From: Macrostomum lignano
Lineage: Eukaryota
Length of the DNA stretch: 64,000 nt
Assembly: GCA_002269645.1 (NCBI GenBank)
Contig: NIVC01001862.1
Location: 164,288 to 228,287 of the forward strand
Reading direction: 5' to 3'
Position numbers and translations under genes: made by a program. This document shows, piece by piece, positions 56,711 through 64,000 of this stretch; within the stretch, counting starts at the first letter, position 1, and each line of letters opens with the position of its first letter. The notes beneath the pieces are model-generated. The model ran no database searches and was not told the origin of the DNA. It saw only the letters and a program-made list of their open reading frames with translations.

Positions 56711-59700
56711 CTAGTACAGTACGCAGTCCATCGGTCTCTTGTTGCATAGTCGAGTCCAAGCCAATTCCAGCACCAGAATTAGCAACCCGATGGCGTACAG
56801 ACACCCAGTGACAACAAGGCAACCCGCTATGCCTTCCATATCGATGTTGTCGGCATCCGTTGTGGATGTGCTGGAGCCGCAGTCCTGGTCGCTGGACCAG
56901 TAGATATTAAATAGACGCCTCATCACCCCCGCCTCGTGCAGTTTCTGCATGCTGGAATAGTTCGTTTTAAAATGGGTCTTGAACCAACACCACTTTGATT
57001 TGAGCACTATTTGACCAGTGGAGCTATTAGTGCCAATGTGTGAACTGGCCTTAATTTGCAGGGGGGGGGCATTTGGCTCTGCCGAAAATCAAGGTGGCAG
57101 TGGACCGGAAGCCACACAAATTCGTAACGCAGGCACAAATCGAAGCTGAGTACCATTGTGTGCGAGGGTCAGATAGGCAACTGGTTTGTTGATCGGCCCC
57201 AATTACATTGCTGTGTTAATTTGTACTCAAATAATCTCTTTTCCTATGAATGCAAGAGACAACCTGCCTTAAAGTCAGCATGTAGCCAACACAACTTACT
57301 GAAAATCGAACAGGCCAGCATAGTAGGCATCTTTCGGATACATGAATGCCACAGTCGCCGTGTTAAATAACTCTTTAGCTAAGTAGTACTGACTGCAGTT
57401 TTTCGTCGCAACGGCTAGCAAGGTTGTGTAGTCAGCAATGCAAGCTTCGCTCTTTACTGGCGGCTAAAAATATTTCCGATTGTTCAAATGAAGTTAAATC
57501 AAAAAAACAAAAATTTAATCTAGAATATTGTGAAACAGACCTTCTTTGGACAATCGGCGTTGGATGCTATGACAAGCATTTGGTCCGCAATCTGTGTGTA
57601 CACACCAGACTGCGCCTCAGTGAGCAGGGTGTACAGATTGGTTCCATCGTTCACTACTGGTTTTATCTGGCTCTGTGACGCTAGATCTGCCAGTGTCTTG
57701 ATTGGATAGTCAGTAACAGTAACCGTAAGGTGAGCAGTTAGATCGCCTGTGAAAATTTATTGTACTGCTTTTTGACTATTGATCCTTAAAAATTCAATAC
57801 CGCCCCAGCTTTCATCACTCTAGAAAGAATAGGATCCCGAATTTTAACCGATCGAATCAACAAAATAATTCTCAAAACCGCCAAAAACGCCCGAAGTTTT
57901 TTAAAAGACCTACCGGTGTATGCTCCATAGATGATCACGGTGAACATCCACCAGAAAGACATAACAGTTCTTGGCGACATTGCAAATGGGTAGAAGTCCT
58001 GACCTTGCTGTAGAAAGCTTCCAATGGCGCTCCAGATGTACTCTTGCAACCAGAGCTCGTCAGCAACTGCATACTGCATGCCCAAGTTGTAGGCAGAGAA
58101 TGGACAGAAATAAGCTAATAGCCACATTGCCATGGAGCAGACCGCGAGAAAGCCGACCAGGGCCAGCCAGACATCCCAGCTGAATGGCATGAAAATGTTC
58201 CACGCTTTTGAAAGAGGCTCCGGTTTTACCACCAGCACGGCGTTAGATTCTTGAAATAAAGGGGTTGAAAAATCAACCACTGACTCTCGGATGGCGGTCT
58301 TTGTAAATGGTCCAGCAGAAAGGTTAACCATCTGAAGTTTCAACAAATATTCAATTATATTTCATTTATAATAACTGTTGACCACAAAGTTTCCACAAAG
58401 CTCTCCACAAGCACAAAACAACACAAATGCGAAACGAACTCACTCCTCTCTGAAGCTCTCCTACACAGCCAGTAAAATAGCTCAAGCCCACCTGCGGCGC
58501 GCCCCAATTTCCATCGTCCGAGTCTTTCGTAATAAACCTTCATTTAAACAAAACAATCAAAATTGATCGAACAAATAATTATTTAAATTCTGAAGTTCAG
58601 TGGAAAACTCACTTAAAATCTAGTCTTGAAGACAAGATGTCAAGAATGTCTCGCGTCAGTCCTGATATAATAACAGTGTTATTCAAAAACTTCTCCATAA
58701 AGACTGTCTTTGGAGAAGTCTAAAAGTTATAAAAATTCACTATAGACGTTTGATGATTTATAGAATTGTTGTTTTTTATCAACCCAGTCATTATATATCT
58801 TCGTTCAACGCTACCTGAGGAGTGCAAATAACAATTGTAGCATTCTTGAACCCCATGAAGGTGTTGGGGAATGCCAAACTGACTCCCTTGTAGCGAAACT
58901 GCTTGCTCAGAGCTCCGCTCGATGCATCGAACTGAGCCGACCTCAGCATCGAGACCGGAGACGACCACAGCTCATTGTAGGACGCGACCACTTCGACTCG
59001 TTGCGAGCTGAAGTGTCTGGTCAAGCTGTTGAACGAGATCAGGCCTCGCTGAGTGTCATAGTCGCTGATCTGCACATCGAGTAGGGATTGGGGAGAGACC
59101 AGCTCGAAACTAATAATGCTTGTCAATGCTAGCTAGCTAGTGAGCTCACTCACACTCATGAGTCTGTTGAGCACAGTCGAGCCCGATGTCCAGTGGCGCA
59201 GAGGCGCACACGAGGCGTTGCCGGGAGAGAATCCCGGATCCAGCAGCGAGTCATTGAGCGCCTTGGCCATGGCTTCTACGGCGTCTACGAAGCGAGCGTC
59301 CAGAGTCTGTCGAATGCGAATGCGACGATCGAGTGCGAGATCGAGTGCGACAGAGGCATGCATTGCACACGTGCGGTGCTGCATGATGAATCCCTGCAGC
59401 CATCAAGCAGCACACATGAAACGCTCACCCGAAGCCAGTCCGTCTGGCACTGAGGAAGCACATCCATCACTGCTGCTGTGCACTCGGTGAACACGCTGCC
59501 TCTCAGCAGAGCGACGTTCGCGTTCGTCGGCGTCACGCTGAGCACATCGGCCTTGGACAGTCCGGTGTCGAGCACAAGCCAGAAGTAGTTCTGCTGCATC
59601 ACTGCAGCTTCCCTGGCGAGCCTGAGCACACTGAGAGCATTGCGAGGAGAGGCGAGCAGCAGCAGCTTGAACACTTTCTTCTTGACCAGCCGCTTGAGGT

Positions 59701-60648
59701 GGTGCACCAGGTCAGGAGTAACAGAAGCGTTGACAGTGTCGTCCACTCGGAATGTGAGACTGCTCACACCGGCAGAGGAGAGGCTGGACTGCAGGCTCTG
59801 CAGCACTGTTGTGCCTACAGTGATCAAGTATAGACTTTAGTTATGTCTGACTTTTTGAACTTTGATAGAAGAAACATCCGTAAATATACTGAAAATATTG
59901 GAGCTCTCTAGGATTTTACTTTATTCACAGCACTCACTTTGCAGATTATCGAAGAAAACTGCCACACTGCTAACTATGGAATCTGACGTAAGGACGGTGG
60001 CGGCTGCAGCGACGATGTTGTCTGAGCTGTGGCTGCCCACGATGGTCATGTCTGCAATTCCGCGTGATTTCATGTCGAAACCGAATACAGATAGAAATGG
60101 TGGCAAGATGTCAGAAATCGATCTCAGTTACCTTTGCTCAGCCGAGCAGAGTCGCACAGTCCAGTCGGCAGGGCGATCAGCGGCAGCTGCAGAGACTTGC
60201 TCAGTGAGCTCACTTCATCCAGCAGAGAGCAGCTGCCGACGCCAATCAGACCTGACAGGCCGCTTTCCGAGCACACTGCGGAGCGAGACACACAGACACA
60301 TGCACAGTTTCACAGCTCGCACTCACACTTGCATTCGTGCAATTCATGCTTCAATTGTGTGCATTGATTGAGCAGGTTGAGCAGAGCAGCGATTGAGTCG
60401 CGTAGCAAATGCTTCAACTCACCAGTCCTGACAGCCTGGTGTGAGCTGCACGAGCTCACATTGACATGCACATATGAGAGTGTGTGGCCCTGCAGCACTC
60501 TCCAGTTGTAGTTGACCCGTCTGGCGAAGGCGATGTCGATGAGCGAGCCGTTCAAGCTTCCGGCCTCCGTGATCACGCCTATCTTGAAGTCCAGGCCGGA
60601 TGTGCAGCTTAGTAGGAGATATATGCACATAAAAAAGATGGCCGCCAT
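56711..60648 (-). CDS. Ionotropic glutamate receptor family subunit, 864 aa, 12 exons; complement(join(56711..56951,57300..57463,57541..57746,57914..58331,58444..58537,58613..58719,58815..59069,59154..59393,59429..59814,59938..60051,60132..60275,60423..60648))
   Basis: Signal peptide, ATD, S1 (DDGNWG..GCVGEL; AGPFTKTAIRESVVDFS), M1, pore SFLQQG, M3 AYTGDLTAHLTV, S2 and M4. All junctions are GT-AG and phase-consistent (2595 nt). Confidence 0.92.
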
Positions 60649-62534
60649 AAGTGTTTCAGACGTATTGCTCTTCTGGTTGTAGCTTGTTTTAGTGATTTTA
60701 AGTCTTTTTACGCTCTTTTAACTTTTCATTGTGTCATTTAAATGCGTGTAAGCTCTGATAGTTTTTACTGTCGAAAAAAGCAATTATTTTATCTGCTCTT
60801 TTTCGCTTGTAGAAAGGATTTTTTGCAGCCAATGGCGGACCCTGGTTAGGGTTTATATAAACGCGTGGCTGAAATATATTTCAATAAGGAAGACAGTGAA
60901 TCAATGAATAATTACTCTTTGGAAATGGTTTTTCCGGTCGAATCGGTGAAATCATAACTGCAATGGTACTACTTAGGCTCTAAGAACAATTTCTAGGAAT
61001 GCTTCCCAGTATGTTGTTTAACATAGGCTGTTTTGCTTTTTGCCTTTGTCTTTTGCTATGTCATTACGTCTTTTTTAAAGATCAATATTTGTTTGAATGG
61101 AGCATATTCTCGTTTTTTCAAGGATACAGCTTCCGTCTTGCGATAGAGCTATTGGTTGCTTTAAAGTTTGGTAAATCAAAGTCTTCAAAGGGCTTGTCAT
61201 ATGTGATTCAATCATTATCTGGTTCTTTCAGCTTTGTTTTAATGATGTCTTAGAAAAAGATTTCCACAAAAATCACTAACTCTCAGAGCTCTTTTATCTT
61301 TATAGGTATTTTATTGAGAAGCGTCAAATTTTAAGAAGCTCGTCGAGCAATAGGGAGTACCCAAAATTACGGCAATAAATTCATTTCTTTTACATTTTTG
61401 TACCTTGACTTACCTTATTCACAGCTAGGATTCAGAGTCGAACTTGTGACTGGATTTCAACGTGATACTTTTACTTTGGGACTTTGTTTGTTTTTTATTT
61501 GACTCGGACACTTCTGTGTGACTTGCTATCTTGGCAATCCATTTTTGTTTCATTGGGTAAGGATAAAATAATACCAATAAATTAGAATGAGTGCTGATTG
61601 GACACCTTGCAGAAACGCCTTCGGCGACATCGTCCCCTAAAACCAGCGCTTTTATTGACTCTTTTATTAGTGTCTTCGAGTTCTTGCCAAGTGTGTTCTC
61701 TTCTCGATATTTTCTGTGAACGGTGCTATAGGTTTGCTTTTAAAAATATGCTACAGGCAGTCATTTTTCTAACGCATTTATGTGTCATTAGTAAAACAGA
61801 AACAGAAATTGAATAATAAAGAACATAAAGAATGTTGACAGCAGCAGCTGTAATAATTATTTTTTTGTAGTACAACTACGTGCTCGCAAATATTTAATAA
61901 TTATAGAGGTGGATGTGCTTGTTTAAATTAATGATGAAATTATTCAGTACAGCAGGATCTGACACCTAGGACCTTAGATAATTTTCGACACTAATTAAAA
62001 CAAGAACTATTTCCTAGTCACAGTTTTTCCTGTCATTTACCGAATTTATACTTTCAAGAGGGCCTAAACAGTCAACTGCATTTTAGCATCCACACGATTA
62101 ATTAAAGAACTGATTGTTAGGTTCTTCGAGTCGCGCTGACTCGGCAGGCTCCTTATCGGTGAGGACAGGCGTGCACTGGCGGTTTCGTCGTCGACTGCCT
62201 TCTGCCGACGGCGGTCCCTCCGGCTTCGGTGGGCCTGCGTTGGCGACCAAGTCCAGAAGCGCGCCCTGTGACACTAGTTTTGCTTATTTAATTTTGTTGT
62301 TGTTGTTCGTGTTGCCTTGGTGATTGGACTTTTAAAATCGCTGGAATTATATTTAATCCGAGCGTCGTTCTTGCATTTTTGTCACCTACAGCCTTTGAAT
62401 TAGGGAAAACAGCAAGTACTTAGTGAGGATATCTTGGTGCATTTAGTTGTGCTTCTAATGACTACTGGTGCCTTTAGACAACGCGGTGAAAAATTGTAAC
62501 CAATCGATAGGTCGATTTCAATCTGATTAGTAGA

Positions 62535-63370
62535 TCACACAGTCAAGTGCTGTCTCTTGGCTAGCTTAGTCCAGGCCAGTTCCACCAGCAGGATTAGCAG
62601 TCCCACAACGTACAAAATCAGGCTAGTGATGAAGCACCCGCCAGCGCCTTCCAGGTTGATGGATGCCGCCTCGGTTGATGCGCCAACGCTGCAGGTGTTG
62701 TCGCTGGACCAGTACTTATCGAACCAGCGCTGTATCTGGCCGCTCTCATGCAGCTTCTGCATGCTGTGCGTTGACGAATTAACAAATTACTATTGAATTT
62801 AATACAGAGGCAAGTAAAGCAAGGACGTTGCACTCGCAAATAGTGCAAAGTTCACTGCAAATTCATCAGCGAGTTAGGAATTTATCAGTTGTTTTAGCAC
62901 AGAATTTCCAATATTTCACCTTCTGGACTTCCGAATTCCGAATGAAGCAAGAATGTGTTTTGTTCGAGTTGCATTCACAAATCTGTCCAGAAAACATACA
63001 CTACAGAGATGGGAACAGCTGAACTTCGACTGGAACTCCAGTGTGGGTGCAATTTTGATAAAACACCTAGTTGCTTCATTTGCTATTATTAAGTTCAGAA
63101 GTTGAGACAATAGTCAATTTTAGTGTTATATTAAACTTAAGACCTTCATCTTAGAAATGAATTTATCAATTTGAAGTGATCACTGAATTAAACCAAGCGA
63201 AACTTACTGAAAATTAAACAAATCGGCAAAGTAGGCATCCTCCTGAAACATGTAAGCCAAAGTGGCCGTGTTAATAGCTCATCGGCCAGGTAGAACTGGG
63301 AGCAATTTTTCCTAGCAATCGCCAGCAAGTATGAGTAGTCAACTATGCAGGCCTGGTCGGGTTGTGCCGG
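62535..63370 (-). pseudogene. 3' end of a tandem iGluR paralogue, exons 62535..62763 and 63208..63370, the latter with a 1-nt deletion; pseudogene or assembly error, 5' part outside the window
   Basis: Same exon boundaries and phases as the downstream paralogue (ACIVDYSYLLAIARKNCSQFYLADEL; HMQKLHESG..YWSSD..C), but the S2 exon is 163 nt versus 164 nt. Confidence 0.75.
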
Positions 63371-63530
63371 CTGAAAGAGTTAAGGCCCGGAATTGTAATT
63401 CATGCGGATCAGACTTCAAGTCGTCAAGGATTTTTATTAGGGATCATCTTTGGGTTCAGCGGAGTGTTGACAGCGAGGGGCGAGGGCGAAGTCATAGCAG
63501 GGTGCATATCTCTGGCTTGCCATTGAGGAC

Positions 63531-63835
63531 TGCTATCTCGGGCATGCTATCTCGGGCATGCTATCTCGGGCATGCTATCTCGGGCATGCTATCTCGGGCA
63601 TGCTATCTCGGGCATGCTATCTCGGGCATGCTATCTCGGGCATGCTATCTCGGCATGCTATCTCGGGCATGCTATCTCGGGCATGCTATCTCGGGCATGC
63701 TATCTCGGGCATGCTATCTCGGGCATGCTATCTCGGGCATGCTATCTCGGGCATGCTATCTCGGGCATGCTATCTCGGGCATGCTATCTCGGGCATGCTA
63801 TCTCGGGCATGCTATCTCGGGATGCTATCTCGGGC
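63531..63835. repeat. 14-bp minisatellite (tgctatctcgggca)
   Basis: Direct, ~21 copies. Confidence 0.92.
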
Positions 63836-64000
63836 ACGTATTGAGGGGTGCTACCTCGATCATGTGCATTGGGTTGCTATCTCGGGCATGTGATTTAGGG
63901 TGCTATCTCGGTCGTGCCATTGTGGGGCGCGTATATCACCGCTGCTGGCGCCGCCCCCCACTCCACGAATATGCCAATAACAACGTCGCCCCTAATGGTA

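Overview
Eukaryotic (metazoan) genomic DNA with GT-AG introns and dense micro/minisatellites. The (ACAG)n, (TAGA)n and tandem-repeat load with very short introns suggests a flatworm such as Macrostomum (inference only). Hand-spliced gene models: a complete 8-exon FREM1/QBRICK-like ECM gene (871-12924, +) with one homopolymer frameshift and a poly-Arg insert in its C-type lectin domain; a 3-exon SDR resembling bacterial D-erythronate dehydrogenase DenD (-); an acidic repeat protein (-); a secreted TSP1-repeat protein (+); a shortened neprilysin/M13-like protein lacking HExxH (-); a tentative Ser/Ala-rich gene (-); a PAN + C-type lectin gene (+); a 2-exon orphan with a textbook BH3 motif and two RxRxxS/T sites (+, candidate BAD-like BH3-only protein); and a 12-exon ionotropic glutamate receptor with a non-canonical M3 gate, plus the 3' end of a tandem paralogue (-). 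Mobile DNA includes tRNA/CORE-like SINEs (one with a ~64-copy minisatellite inside its A box, bounded by a 10-bp TSD), hAT MITEs, minisatellite-carrying MITE-like elements and a 5x272-bp microsatellite-flanked array. All exon coordinates were derived by eye, and no database searches were run.
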